A DNA stretch of 64,000 nucleotides from Candidatus Nanohaloarchaea archaeon (GCA_041640035.1 JBEQBC010000002.1:64001-128000); one strand, 5' to 3'. Numbered from the stretch's first letter, positions 19,334 through 29,160 are shown. Program-made: numbers and translations. Notes: generated from the letters alone by a model not told the origin.

Positions 19334-19993
19334 ATGATAAGAGATAACCCGGATCAAGTTGACCTTCAGTACAGTGATTTACTGAGTGATTCACCTACAG
19401 AAGCAGTTCTCATGCTAGACGATCCGGAAGTAGAAATCGATAACTACAGTAAACAGATAGTCGTACCTGAAAGCTATGCTGACTCAGGTATTGATTCTTT
19501 CATAAATCAACCTTTGGGAACTGTAAAGAAAAATGTAGAGAACAATTTTCAGGACGCTTACAGGAAAATCAAAGATTCCAATCCTGTAGGAAGCCCTTTC
19601 TACCATTTTGGAAAGGAAAGAGAGGAAAGTGCAGAAGATACGGACAGCAAGGATTTCAGGCACAGAATCTGGGATGCCGAGGACGACCATAGAAAATCAG
19701 CTTACGCCACAACTACAGCATTTACCGGCTTCGGAGCTTCAGTCGCTTCACAGAAGGAAGAAGCCGCAGCAGCATTTGGAGCTGCTACTGCAGGTGTTGC
19801 CGCATTCAATAGTTACTCAAGAGGTAGAAGAGACGATATGCTTGAAGAAGCTGTATCAGGTCTTTCAGAAGCTTATGGCGAATACGATATAGAGTTTAAG
19901 GAAGATGATAGAAGAAGTGAGAGAATTAGAAAGGTGGGCGAAGGAATTAAGGAGAGAACAAACTGGGTTAGAGACACTCTAGAAGCACTTTAA
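19334..19993 (+). CDS. Hypothetical protein with Ala/Gly-rich hairpin; paralog of the previous gene
   Basis: AFTGFGASVAS...AAAAFGAATAGVAAF, followed by LEEAVSGLSEAY. Confidence 0.65.
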   Translation: MIRDNPDQVDLQYSDLLSDSPTEAVLMLDDPEVEIDNYSKQIVVPESYADSGIDSFINQPLGTVKKNVENNFQDAYRKIKDSNPVGSPFYHFGKEREESAEDTDSKDFRHRIWDAEDDHRKSAYATTTAFTGFGASVASQKEEAAAAFGAATAGVAAFNSYSRGRRDDMLEEAVSGLSEAYGEYDIEFKEDDRRSERIRKVGEGIKERTNWVRDTLEAL

Positions 19994-20059
19994 AATAGAG
20001 AATGCAGTTATTCATCGATCTTCGTTAATTTAAAAACGGATCAAGTTTTCTATAACATC

Positions 20060-21367
20060 ATGGATCGGGAACTGCTGACAGTTTTTCTTCTTGCTACTGC
20101 AGTTGTTGGTGGCGTGGTGTATGGATTTTCGGGTACTGATAACAGAAATATTGAGGATTCGAAGACGGTTTCATGTCTCTCAGAATATAATCAGTGCAAA
20201 GCTTTGGAGTTGAAGGAAAGAATTGAGAGTTGTGAATACTGGTATGTAGGAATGAATAGATCCGAACTAGACTGCGAGTATACGGATAAAAATACTGAAG
20301 AAGTAGGGCTCAGAACTGACCCTGCTAACTATGTTGAAGGTGATTTTTCAGATCTCAACTATACTAAAAGTGTTGTTTCCGATATTGGAGGTCTTCTATG
20401 GGATCTGGAGTTTCTCCGGAACGATTCTATGATTTTGACTATGAGAAACGGTACGGTAGTACATTTCGGGGAAGATAATACATCTTACTACAGTGTTGAT
20501 ACGATAGATAAGAATGAAGCGGGTTTAATGGGTGTAGCAGTCCATCCTAACTATTCTGAAAATCGGAAAATCTATCTTTACAGAACATATGAGCGTACGA
20601 ATGAAAGCTCTGGCAACAGCCAGATACTTAGAAGCAGAATATCATCCTTTGTCCTGGGAGAAAAACATTTGAAGAATGAAACTGTTTTGATTGACGATAT
20701 ACCGGCGACCAAGTATCATGCAGGCGGAAGAATTGAAATCGGACCTGATAAAAAGCTTTACGCGACTACAGGAGACGCAGAAAATCTTTCTGCTGCTCAA
20801 GATATCTCTAAACTTAACGGTAAGATTTTACGGATGAATCTTGACGGCTCAATACCAGAGAACAATCCATTTAACGATAGCAGGGTGTACTCCTATGGAC
20901 ATAGAAATCCTCAAGGATTGGCTTGGAACAGTAACGGTACTCTTTTCTCATCGGAACATGGCGACTGGAGATATGATGAAGTAAATAGAATCATCCCCGG
21001 AGAGAACTATGGATGGGGTATAAAGCAGTGCGACGAGTTCAGAGAAAAAGACGACTATAATAAAGATTTCAAAGACCCTGTTTCATGCTACAAGAACTTC
21101 ACATTAGCACCTAGCGGAATGACTTTCGTAAATGACAAGAATCATCCCTGGTACAACAATATGTTCCTCGCCAGTCTAAGAGGAGATCATATACGCAACT
21201 ACCAGTTCAAAGGCAATAAACTAGAGAAAGAATCCATATTCCACTACAGAAATCAAACAAAAGCTCCCTTCTATTCAAGAAGAATGAGAGATGTCGAATT
21301 CCAAAATGACTCGCTATTCATTATAGGAGATTTTGCCGGGATAATCCGGCTTAAACCTCAAAATTAA
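20060..21367 (+). CDS. PQQ-dependent sugar (glucose/sorbosone) dehydrogenase, membrane anchored
   Basis: GLMGVAVHPNY, HAGGRIEIGPDKKLY.TTGD, GKILR, SYGHRNPQGL and DEVN.I.PG.NYGW. Confidence 0.9.
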   Translation: MDRELLTVFLLATAVVGGVVYGFSGTDNRNIEDSKTVSCLSEYNQCKALELKERIESCEYWYVGMNRSELDCEYTDKNTEEVGLRTDPANYVEGDFSDLNYTKSVVSDIGGLLWDLEFLRNDSMILTMRNGTVVHFGEDNTSYYSVDTIDKNEAGLMGVAVHPNYSENRKIYLYRTYERTNESSGNSQILRSRISSFVLGEKHLKNETVLIDDIPATKYHAGGRIEIGPDKKLYATTGDAENLSAAQDISKLNGKILRMNLDGSIPENNPFNDSRVYSYGHRNPQGLAWNSNGTLFSSEHGDWRYDEVNRIIPGENYGWGIKQCDEFREKDDYNKDFKDPVSCYKNFTLAPSGMTFVNDKNHPWYNNMFLASLRGDHIRNYQFKGNKLEKESIFHYRNQTKAPFYSRRMRDVEFQNDSLFIIGDFAGIIRLKPQN

Positions 21368-21394
21368 AGGAGGAAAAAATGTTGGATAGAAGAA

Positions 21395-22525
21395 TTAGTC
21401 GAGGAATTCCTTGTTCTCGATCTTCTCTGGCAGGTATTCGTTGGCTACGAACTCTAGGCTGTTGGCTGCAAGTGCCTGCTGCTCAACTCTTACGCCTTTG
21501 TCAAGCATCTTCTGGAACTGTTTCTGCCAGTCGTCGTTCTGCATCCATTCGTAGTCCATGACATCGTGGATTCTTTTGTAGTCCTTTGTCGGTCCGCCAG
21601 CGTCTTCTGGCTTTCCTTTCAGGTCTTCTGTTACATGTTCTAGTCCGTATTCCTCGATGTCCTCCATTGTCATACCGATAAGCCTGGCTTCTGGAGTCGC
21701 TAAACGGTCTGACTGGAATGCCAAGGACATGGATCCACTTTTGAGGACGCTGTAGATGTAGTATCCCCATGGGTCGCCGTCAGTGAAGACATAGACCGGA
21801 AGTTCCAGTTCGTTGTGCATCATGTTGATGAGTCTTCTTGCTCCACGAGCTGGCTGTCCTCCTGTACCGATGATGATCGCGTCGTGTTCTTCATGGAAGT
21901 CTTCTTCGACCAGTCGGTTGACCATAGCACTTGTCTCGACTACAAGAACGAAATCAGCATTGTGCTCCTCGAACTCCAAGTGGTCAACGATTGACGGGAT
22001 TGCCATTCCGGCACTTCCCATACTCATACCGTCGATGATATCTCCCGAGTCGTTGATCTTGATCGGTCCGAACAGACGCCCTTTTGGCTCTGCGAATAGA
22101 TGTAGGTCTTCTCTGATCGCTCCTGTAGCCGTCTCGATATCGACTACTACATTGTTGGATTCGTCCTGATCCTCAAATGTGTTCTCGTCGAGTCCTGGTA
22201 CGCTGTGCTTCAATTGGTAGTATACTTCTCGGATGGAAGCTGTTCTACCGTTCTCTACTAACTCTTTGGCTTTGTTTGCGACCAATGTTGTCTGCATGAA
22301 CTTTCTTGCGTGGCTGATGTTCAGGAACTTTCTTGTGGAGTAGCTGTCGCCGAGTGATAGTCGGCCTTCTTCTTCATCGTACTCTACATTTGATTTGGAC
22401 CGTACCTGTGTATCAATTGTCAGGTTATCCTGCTCATCGCCGTCCAGTTGTTCTAAGAGCTGTCTTCCAAGCCTTGTCAGTCTTTCCAGTGTTGTCTGAT
22501 CGTTTTTCAGGTCTTTCTTTGGCAT
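21395..22525 (-). CDS. top6A: DNA topoisomerase VI subunit A
   Basis: REVYY catalytic Tyr, FEDQDES, toprim VVE...DGDPWG and EQQAL. Confidence 0.97.
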   Translation of the reverse strand: MPKKDLKNDQTTLERLTRLGRQLLEQLDGDEQDNLTIDTQVRSKSNVEYDEEEGRLSLGDSYSTRKFLNISHARKFMQTTLVANKAKELVENGRTASIREVYYQLKHSVPGLDENTFEDQDESNNVVVDIETATGAIREDLHLFAEPKGRLFGPIKINDSGDIIDGMSMGSAGMAIPSIVDHLEFEEHNADFVLVVETSAMVNRLVEEDFHEEHDAIIIGTGGQPARGARRLINMMHNELELPVYVFTDGDPWGYYIYSVLKSGSMSLAFQSDRLATPEARLIGMTMEDIEEYGLEHVTEDLKGKPEDAGGPTKDYKRIHDVMDYEWMQNDDWQKQFQKMLDKGVRVEQQALAANSLEFVANEYLPEKIENKEFLD

Positions 22526-22601
22526 TTATTTTTCACCTTGATTTTGTGTCATTTCTCTTTTTGTCGTAGTAATGGTTTCCCTCATTTTGGTTTCTCCTCG
22601 T

Positions 22602-24197
22602 CTAAAGCTGTTCAGGGTTGTAGTCCCTCTGGACCATTGCCTGGATTTGATCTTCGATTTCTTCTGGGTCGCCTTCTCCTGCTAGCTGGGCGATTGCTGG
22701 CCCCATCTCTTTGGCGTAGCTTGTAAGCTGTCTTTTCTTCTTCTCCTGGATTTCCTTTCTTTCTTTTCTTTTCAGGTATTTTCCAAGCTTTCTTCCTGCT
22801 TCCTGAAGCGCTAACTTCATCTCTTTCCGGATAGGATCGTAGTTGGCTACGGCTTCCTTTCCTTCTGAGGTGAAAGGTACCCAGACTGATACGATATGTA
22901 CTGAGATGTACAGAGGGCCTTGTGGCCGTCCGCCTGACTGACTAATGTTGTATCTGCTCCAGTCTACAGATTCTATTGCTTTTGTGGTTACGCAGCTGCT
23001 TTTCTTGTATAGTAGCGGTACCTTGTTTGCGTACCGTAGTTCGTTGAAGCTTCCTTCGTCTTCGATGTCTCCTCCCCATGCTAGTCCGACTTCTACCTGG
23101 AATGGATTACCTTGGTAGACTTTCGGTTTGCGTGTAACGGATTCTGTGAATTCTGGATTGAGCTCTTTCTTGAGTCCTTTGAGCATCAGGTCTTCTCCGA
23201 CAGGTGATAGGCAGTCGGTTGGAGGGCTCTGAAGATCTACTCTCTGTGCTGCTTTCAGTACTTGTTCTACCTCGTCTTTTTCGAGTGTGTTCGGTCTTCT
23301 TCCTTCGTCTATATCTGCTTCTTCACATATGGCTTCTGCACTGGTTCTCCCTACACGAGTGAACTCGTTCTGCAGGAAGCTGGAGATTGTGCGTGCTGAG
23401 CTGTTGTCGATCATTCTCAGCATGACTCCTAGTTCCACTCCATGTGGATGTGGTTTGATCTCCTTTGGCTTCTCTGGTAACTGTTTGGATACACGCGGGT
23501 ATTCTATTTTGTTGCCGTCTGGTTCCCGTAGTACGACTCTTGCGTACGGGTTCATGATCGCGGTATGTTTCAGGTAGTTCCTTACGCTGTGATGGCCGTG
23601 TGTGTATTTGGCCTCGATGTTCATTTCGATGGTTGTTCCGTGGTCGAAGTAGTAGTCTTTGTCTCCAGGGAATTCATCGCTGTCTGGGTCGACCTGTTCT
23701 TCTTCGATGATTTCTGGTTCGTTGGTTTCTGTGTCGATCCGTACTACGAACTTGTTGCAGGGTTCTCCTTCCTGTTTTGAGTATACTGTTACGGGTTCTC
23801 CTGTGGTTAGCTGTGCGTACATTGCAGATGCGGAGATTCCGATTCCCTGCTGTCCACGGCTTTGCTGTAGTTTGTGGAATTTGGATCCGTAAAGTAGTTT
23901 TCCGAATACTTTCGGTATTGTTTCTCGGTCTAGTCCAATTGCGTTGTCTCTTATTTCGACTCGGCATTTCTGGTCGTCGTATTCGTCGACTAGGACATGT
24001 ACTTCTGGCAGTATTTCGTCTTCTTCACATGCGTCTAGGCTGTTGTCAACTGCTTCTTTGACGACTGTTATTATTGATTTTTGTGCGTTTTCGAATCCGA
24101 GTAGGTGTTTGTTTTTCTCGAAGAATTCTGCTACCGATATTTCACGGTGTTCAGATTCTTCTGGTATTTCTTCTTCAATTCCGTTTCCGTTTGGCAT
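22602..24197 (-). CDS. top6B: DNA topoisomerase VI subunit B
   Basis: EAVDNSLDA, GKLLYGSKFH, SRGQQGIG and RYANKVPL. Confidence 0.97.
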   Translation of the reverse strand: MPNGNGIEEEIPEESEHREISVAEFFEKNKHLLGFENAQKSIITVVKEAVDNSLDACEEDEILPEVHVLVDEYDDQKCRVEIRDNAIGLDRETIPKVFGKLLYGSKFHKLQQSRGQQGIGISASAMYAQLTTGEPVTVYSKQEGEPCNKFVVRIDTETNEPEIIEEEQVDPDSDEFPGDKDYYFDHGTTIEMNIEAKYTHGHHSVRNYLKHTAIMNPYARVVLREPDGNKIEYPRVSKQLPEKPKEIKPHPHGVELGVMLRMIDNSSARTISSFLQNEFTRVGRTSAEAICEEADIDEGRRPNTLEKDEVEQVLKAAQRVDLQSPPTDCLSPVGEDLMLKGLKKELNPEFTESVTRKPKVYQGNPFQVEVGLAWGGDIEDEGSFNELRYANKVPLLYKKSSCVTTKAIESVDWSRYNISQSGGRPQGPLYISVHIVSVWVPFTSEGKEAVANYDPIRKEMKLALQEAGRKLGKYLKRKERKEIQEKKKRQLTSYAKEMGPAIAQLAGEGDPEEIEDQIQAMVQRDYNPEQL

Positions 24198-24223
24198 GGT
24201 ATCTCCTCAGAAAGTTGTGGTAT

Positions 24224-24727
24224 CTACTTTTTGATTTTGTCTTGGTTTTTTTCAAGGTAGTTATAGGCTGTAGAGTGACTACTGCCCTTCAACAATATGT
24301 TGATGGCTTCGACTGCTACCTCGATGTTCTGTGCGTGTCCTATGACTCCTATGGTTTTTCCGTAGACTGAGATCTGCGTTTCGCTCATCTTTTCGATGTG
24401 TCTGCGTGCTTCGCCGTCTCTTCCGATTACTCTTCCTTTGAGCCTTTCCAGATCGTTGTTGGTGTCTGCGAAACGGTTGAGGTCGATAAGGTGTAGGACA
24501 TGTTGTTCCTGTATCAGGTTGAATGCTTTTTCCGGGTTGAATCCTCGGCCTATAGCTTTGACTATCTGCTGCGCTGTCATTTCGTCGAGCGGGTCGCCTT
24601 CTATCTTGACGGTGTTGCCTTTCAGGCTGATTTCACAGTCTGTTACATCCTGGAACTCTTCCTTGGTCTCTCCTCCGCTTCCGATTACTACCCCGACTCG
24701 TTCCTCCGGGATTCTTACCTGTTTCAT
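24224..24727 (-). CDS. KH-domain RNA-processing protein (Dim2/Pno1-like)
   Basis: Two KH motifs, VIGSGG and RVIGRDG; AIGRGF; conserved rio1-KH-top6 synteny. Confidence 0.92.
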   Translation of the reverse strand: MKQVRIPEERVGVVIGSGGETKEEFQDVTDCEISLKGNTVKIEGDPLDEMTAQQIVKAIGRGFNPEKAFNLIQEQHVLHLIDLNRFADTNNDLERLKGRVIGRDGEARRHIEKMSETQISVYGKTIGVIGHAQNIEVAVEAINILLKGSSHSTAYNYLEKNQDKIKK

Positions 24728-24787
24728 GTGACTATATACATGGTTTCTCTGCCAATCTTTTTATACCTTGGACGGGTTGAAACCGTG

Positions 24788-25567
24788 TTATTCGGGCTGT
24801 AGAACGGTTTGAAGGGCTTCTTCGGTATCGATCTCTGCACCCTGTCTCCTGAAGAAGTTGGCCACATTTTCGATATCTCTTTCCAGAAGTGTTTCAGCTT
24901 CAGGATGTGTCTTGTGAAGACCTTGAGAGAAATCGATAAACACCAGTTCGGCCTCATCAGTTATCAGTATGTTATACTCCGAGAGATCACCGTGAACCAG
25001 CTTTTCCTGATCCCAGAGCCGTTTCATGTCTTTGAGAACTACATTGAACGCTTCTTCAGGGTTCTCTATCTCTACATCCTTCATCTTTGGGAAAGGCGAG
25101 AACTCTCGGCCTATGAACTCCATCACCAAAATGTTTTCTTGGAATGCTATCGGTTCCGGGCAGCGGAGTACATTTGATGCTTTTTTCAGGTTCTTGAACT
25201 CTTTTTTACACCATTCGTTGATTACTGATCTTCTGTCGTCCTTGAAGTTTCTGAACCGTTTATCTCCTCTGAGATACTGCTTCATGTTCCTGAAGTCGCC
25301 GGCATCCGTCATGTAGATCTTTACAATTACGCGTTCATCATCGTAGGTATCTGCGAGGAAGACCAGTGATTCTTTTCCCGACTCTATAGTCCCGTACATC
25401 TTCTTGATGACTTCTCGATCCTTGAGCTCGAGTAAGGCATCCATGGTGCTGTCGTCCAGCACATTTTCGAAGGTCTTCTTCGCCTCTGAACTATCGAACA
25501 TTCGCCGGGATTCTTCCTTCCAGCGTTCGTCAAAGTCTCTTGGATCTTCGTTCAAAGAGGTTTTCAC
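24788..25567 (-). CDS. rio1: RIO1 serine kinase
   Basis: SGKESLVF, VKIY, LVHGDLSEYNIL and IDFSQ. Confidence 0.95.
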   Translation of the reverse strand: MKTSLNEDPRDFDERWKEESRRMFDSSEAKKTFENVLDDSTMDALLELKDREVIKKMYGTIESGKESLVFLADTYDDERVIVKIYMTDAGDFRNMKQYLRGDKRFRNFKDDRRSVINEWCKKEFKNLKKASNVLRCPEPIAFQENILVMEFIGREFSPFPKMKDVEIENPEEAFNVVLKDMKRLWDQEKLVHGDLSEYNILITDEAELVFIDFSQGLHKTHPEAETLLERDIENVANFFRRQGAEIDTEEALQTVLQPE

Positions 25568-25998
25568 CTGTAGTTCCGGTAAATATAGACAGCGCCCGCT
25601 GAGATCGCTAGGGTCGGTATCCAGAAGCTTGCTGCCGCTACAGGGTTATATGTGATGTTATTCAAGAAAATTTCAGGTATCGTGAGACATGCGTCAGTTG
25701 AGGACGGAAGAGCATTCATTCCACCAGTCTCACCCATCGAGCCTGATAGGTCACAGAGTTTGCTGTATACGAATACCTTAGATATACCTGATATACCTAG
25801 ACCGGATAAAAGGAATGCTGTAAATGCTACTGCGGTTTCTTTCAATGTGAGGATGTTTCTGTAGATGTCGTATCCTAGTATGAATATGAGTGATAGCAGG
25901 AATGCCGTTCCTGAGGATCTTGATATCAGGCTTGATACTACCTGGAATAGAACTATGATCGCTACATGTACTGCGAGGTCTTTTTGTTTGGTTTCCAT
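25564..25998 (-). CDS. Hypothetical membrane protein (about 4 TM)
   Basis: Hydrophobic helices; lies between aIF-1A and rio1. Confidence 0.65.
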   Translation of the reverse strand: METKQKDLAVHVAIIVLFQVVSSLISRSSGTAFLLSLIFILGYDIYRNILTLKETAVAFTAFLLSGLGISGISKVFVYSKLCDLSGSMGETGGMNALPSSTDACLTIPEIFLNNITYNPVAAASFWIPTLAISAGAVYIYRNYR

Positions 25999-26031
25999 GC
26001 GTTAAACCAGTGAAAAGATATTCTCTGTTTT

Positions 26032-26343
26032 TTACAGGAATTCTTTGATTTCGTCTAGGTAGTCTTTGTCTTCGAGCAGTTCTGTTTCTGCGTTACTGTA
26101 GCTCTCTACGATGTCTCCTTTTTCGTCTCCCTGGATGTCCCATGGTTCTACGAGTACTACGCTGTCTCTTTTGACCCATAGACCTCTTTTCTTGCTTCCA
26201 GGTATTCTGCAGATTCTTTCTTCGCCGTCTGTGCAGTAGACACGGTATTTTCCTCCTCCTTCTTTTCTGAGGACAATTCCTAGTACTTCTCCGTCGCCCG
26301 GTCTGCGTACTCGGCGTGCTTCTTGTTCTTCGTCTTCTGCCAT
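26032..26343 (-). CDS. eif1a: Translation initiation factor aIF-1A
   Basis: C.DG.ERICRIPG...W....VLVEPW...KGDIV. Confidence 0.95.
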   Translation of the reverse strand: MAEDEEQEARRVRRPGDGEVLGIVLRKEGGGKYRVYCTDGEERICRIPGSKKRGLWVKRDSVVLVEPWDIQGDEKGDIVESYSNAETELLEDKDYLDEIKEFL

Positions 26344-26400
26344 TATATAAAGTATTTATATAGAGAACTCTTTTAAAAACCAGAGCATTTTTTCCGGATT

Positions 26401-27081
26401 TTATTCCATTCTTACTGATACGACATTCCTGTAGACTTCTTCCCCGTTTTCCTCTCCTATCAGTTCGTAGCTACGCTTGATATCCGGGTCGTAGCGGTCT
26501 CTCAGCATGGTCAGTATCTGCTTGTTCATGTCCTCTGTTGATAGGAAGAAGTTGTATCCGTGGTCTGTTTCCTCGATGTTCGATAGAAAGTTCTTCCTGT
26601 TCCGGTTTGTTAGTTCAGCTGCTTTGTCCGCGATAGTATCGGCTACCGAGTCGAGATCTTCATCTCCTCTAAGCTGGATTTTAACCTTGTAGAATCCGCC
26701 CTGGAAACGGGAGCAGTCGCTGCACTGGTCTTTGGTGAAGTTGACGCGTGTATCGTATTCATCAGTTATCTCTCCTTTCCGTGCGTGGACTTTGACATAC
26801 ATCTGGCTTTCTTCTTCCCAGTACTGAAGTTCGAAATGTACCTCTTCCTCTCCGAACTGCTGGAACTTCTCAAGAAGCTGCTCTTCTACAGAGTATGCTT
26901 CTATCCACTGGCCTTCGAATTTCATCCTGCCACAGACTGAGCAGATTTCGATCTCTATTTCATCTGGGATATCCAGTAAATCGTTTTTGTCCGGGAAGCA
27001 GTCGGCGCACAGCTTTTTCTCTTCGCCGTACAGCTGGTCTGTTTCCTTCCCGCATCTTGGACAGAATTTTGAAAGCTCCAT
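26401..27081 (-). CDS. NMD3-family ribosome biogenesis protein
   Basis: Four CxxC pairs (CPRC, CADC, CSVC, CSDC) and GFYKVKIQLRG. Confidence 0.9.
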   Translation of the reverse strand: MELSKFCPRCGKETDQLYGEEKKLCADCFPDKNDLLDIPDEIEIEICSVCGRMKFEGQWIEAYSVEEQLLEKFQQFGEEEVHFELQYWEEESQMYVKVHARKGEITDEYDTRVNFTKDQCSDCSRFQGGFYKVKIQLRGDEDLDSVADTIADKAAELTNRNRKNFLSNIEETDHGYNFFLSTEDMNKQILTMLRDRYDPDIKRSYELIGEENGEEVYRNVVSVRME

Positions 27082-27124
27082 AGTTACAATTTGTGGCTGT
27101 GAATCTTATATTCCTCAAAGAATT

Positions 27125-27478
27125 TTAGGCGTCTTCTATCTCGATACTATCACCCTCTTTGAGGTTCAGTTCCTCGAAGGATTCCAGCAGGTAACTGTAA
27201 CTTTGTTCAGGTCTGTAGAGCTTCCAGGTCTTTGGGTTCCAGCCCCAAGGTTCAGCTTTCTGTACCTCTATCACTTCTTTCTCCTGATTCAGGAAGTACA
27301 GGTAGAGCGGCCTGGATAGAAGCATCATATCGACCTTGGTTCTTGTAGGATTGGAGAACTTGAACAGCATCTTACCCTCTTTTCGAAGGCTGAGACCCCA
27401 GGCTCTCTGTAGAAGGTTTTCCGCTACTTCTACAGCGTGATGTTTGTTTTTAAAACCTATTTTTATCTCTTTGTTCAT
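27125..27478 (-). CDS. DUF192 family protein
   Basis: VEVAEN..QRAWGL...GKMLF...M.....L..FL.....VI...PW; relatively basic protein. Confidence 0.75.
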   Translation of the reverse strand: MNKEIKIGFKNKHHAVEVAENLLQRAWGLSLRKEGKMLFKFSNPTRTKVDMMLLSRPLYLYFLNQEKEVIEVQKAEPWGWNPKTWKLYRPEQSYSYLLESFEELNLKEGDSIEIEDA

Positions 27479-27538
27479 TATTTCGATGAGAGATATCTCA
27501 ATTTTGATAATACAAATTTTTGTTGAAACATTGCTTCT

Positions 27539-28420
27539 TTAGAGTTTCGGTCCGAGCCAGCCCTCCTCTCTAAGACAGTCTTTAATCTTGAGCTCTTCGT
27601 AAACCCCTCTGAGATCTTCTTCGAGGTCATCCTCGGTACGGTATATTTCAGGTTCTTCAACCCAGCCCTTCTCTATGAATCTTTTCTCGTAGAACCGTTC
27701 CTTGTTCAGGGCTTCCAGTCCTTGCTGAGCCGGTTCAAATGAAACAACTTCTTTACCCCAGCGAAGGTTGTCCAGATCGTCGAGCATCATCATAGTCAGA
27801 ATCACCAACGGAGGCATCACGGACGCTAGTGCGTTGAAGAACAGAGAGCCGTCTCTAAGAAGAATTACACTGGAAGTTATTATGGTAGACAGAGAGGTGA
27901 GTACAATCCATTCTAGCCGCATCAAGCTTGATTTTCCCAGAGAAGCCAGTTTTCCTCTCGCATCTCCAGCCTGGCTTTCCGCATCCAGTATCTGTACATA
28001 TGTACTGCTATTCTTGTCGTTAACAGGATGGATCTTGTCCAGAGTGCTGCTGACGGCGTTAAAGTACTTGTCTTCTTCCTCCACACTGTCCCATGAGATC
28101 ATGGTGAACGCGATTAGGAAACGCTCCATACGGTCCTCAAATTCTTTCTTTACCCCTTCATTACCTTCAAGCCTATTCACATTGGTAATAAGTCCCTTTA
28201 TCGCCGAGTGAAGAACAGCACTCTCACTTCTAATTGACGAGAACTTGTTCCACATCTGAGTGATGAAAAAACCGATTAGAAGTCCGAACAGGATGCTAGT
28301 AACGCTTAAAGCCAAGCTCAACAGCTGCGTTGCTCCTTCATAAATAGGCAAGAAATATGCAAGGCCTGTAAATACAAGCACGCTTAAGATAAAGATTTCC
28401 CATGTTCTCTCGTTCTTCAC
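27539..28420 (-). CDS. Membrane protein (4 TM, DUF4239/bestrophin-like topology)
   Basis: Two TM pairs with LFGLLIGF and LDDLDN; start moved to GTG 28420 because the longer ORF overlaps tRNA-Arg. Confidence 0.6.
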   Translation of the reverse strand: MKNERTWEIFILSVLVFTGLAYFLPIYEGATQLLSLALSVTSILFGLLIGFFITQMWNKFSSIRSESAVLHSAIKGLITNVNRLEGNEGVKKEFEDRMERFLIAFTMISWDSVEEEDKYFNAVSSTLDKIHPVNDKNSSTYVQILDAESQAGDARGKLASLGKSSLMRLEWIVLTSLSTIITSSVILLRDGSLFFNALASVMPPLVILTMMMLDDLDNLRWGKEVVSFEPAQQGLEALNKERFYEKRFIEKGWVEEPEIYRTEDDLEEDLRGVYEELKIKDCLREEGWLGPKL

Positions 28421-28476
28421 AAACAATTTTTGAGAAAACCGCGTTAAATAAGTTCCAGCCGAGAAATCTGTGTAAG

Positions 28477-28548
28477 CGCCCGCACAGGGATTTGAACCCT
28501 GGATCTGCACCTCCGCAAGGTGCCGTCTTTCCACTAGACCATGCGGGC
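28477..28548 (-). tRNA. tRNA-Arg(GCG)
   Basis: Reverse complement GCCCGCATGGTCTAGTGG...GCACC-TTGCGGA-GGTGC...TTCAAATCCCTGTGCGGGCG. Confidence 0.92.
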
Positions 28549-28782
28549 AGTATTCCTTATGTAGGAGTGACCCGTCTGATTCTTAAATAATGATTCAGAG
28601 AATAAAGTGATTTTGCAGCTTTTTTGTTCCAAACCAGATAGTATTCTCTAATGCCGAGTTTCAGAAAACGATTGACATAGCACAGTTGTATTGATGGCTA
28701 GTTAGATTACCTTGTTATCTCCATCTGGGAAGAGTTTTTAAGATAAAAACCGGTTTATGTTGTGATAGAGGTGTAGTGCTGT

Positions 28783-28830
28783 ATGGAGCTGATTGAAAAA
28801 CTCAAAAACAAGTTGGATAGCCTGTTTTGA
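28783..28830 (+). CDS. Candidate 15-aa amphipathic micropeptide MELIEKLKNKLDSLF
   Basis: GAGGTG SD at 28768-28773 and an AT-rich TATA-like box near 28736. Confidence 0.35.
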   Translation: MELIEKLKNKLDSLF

Positions 28831-28905
28831 GAACCAGAAAGTACTTTCGCCCCCAATTTCTCTACTACTTATTTTTAAATCTTCATTTCCAGTTTACAGA
28901 TTATT

Positions 28906-29160
28906 ATGGGAAAGATTTCTTGTGTATACAAAGTTATGCCAGAAGATGCTGAAACCGATTTAGAAGAGATAAAGGACCAGATCAGAGACTTGATCGATGT
29001 CCAGGACATGGGCGAGGAAGAAGTCGCTTTCGGACTGAAAGCAGTCAAGGTTTCATGCATCACAACCGATGAAGAAGGCGGAACAGACGCAGTAGAAGAA
29101 GAACTCGGGAAGCTGGATAACATTCAGAGCATCGAGCTAGAGCACTTTGACAAGATGTAG
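28906..29160 (+). CDS. ef1b: Elongation factor 1-beta
   Basis: KVMPE...EEVAFGLKA...EGGTDAVEE. Confidence 0.95.
   Translation: MGKISCVYKVMPEDAETDLEEIKDQIRDLIDVQDMGEEEVAFGLKAVKVSCITTDEEGGTDAVEEELGKLDNIQSIELEHFDKM

Noticed and set aside
28421-28534. N-terminal extension of the 27539 ORF (likewise 14155-14193 of the 13813 ORF)
   Set aside because: Reads through tRNA genes; the true starts are likely downstream.
28590-28900. Possible replication origin in the AT-rich gap
   Set aside because: No convincing repeated ORB elements with G-strings and no orc1/cdc6 gene adjacent.
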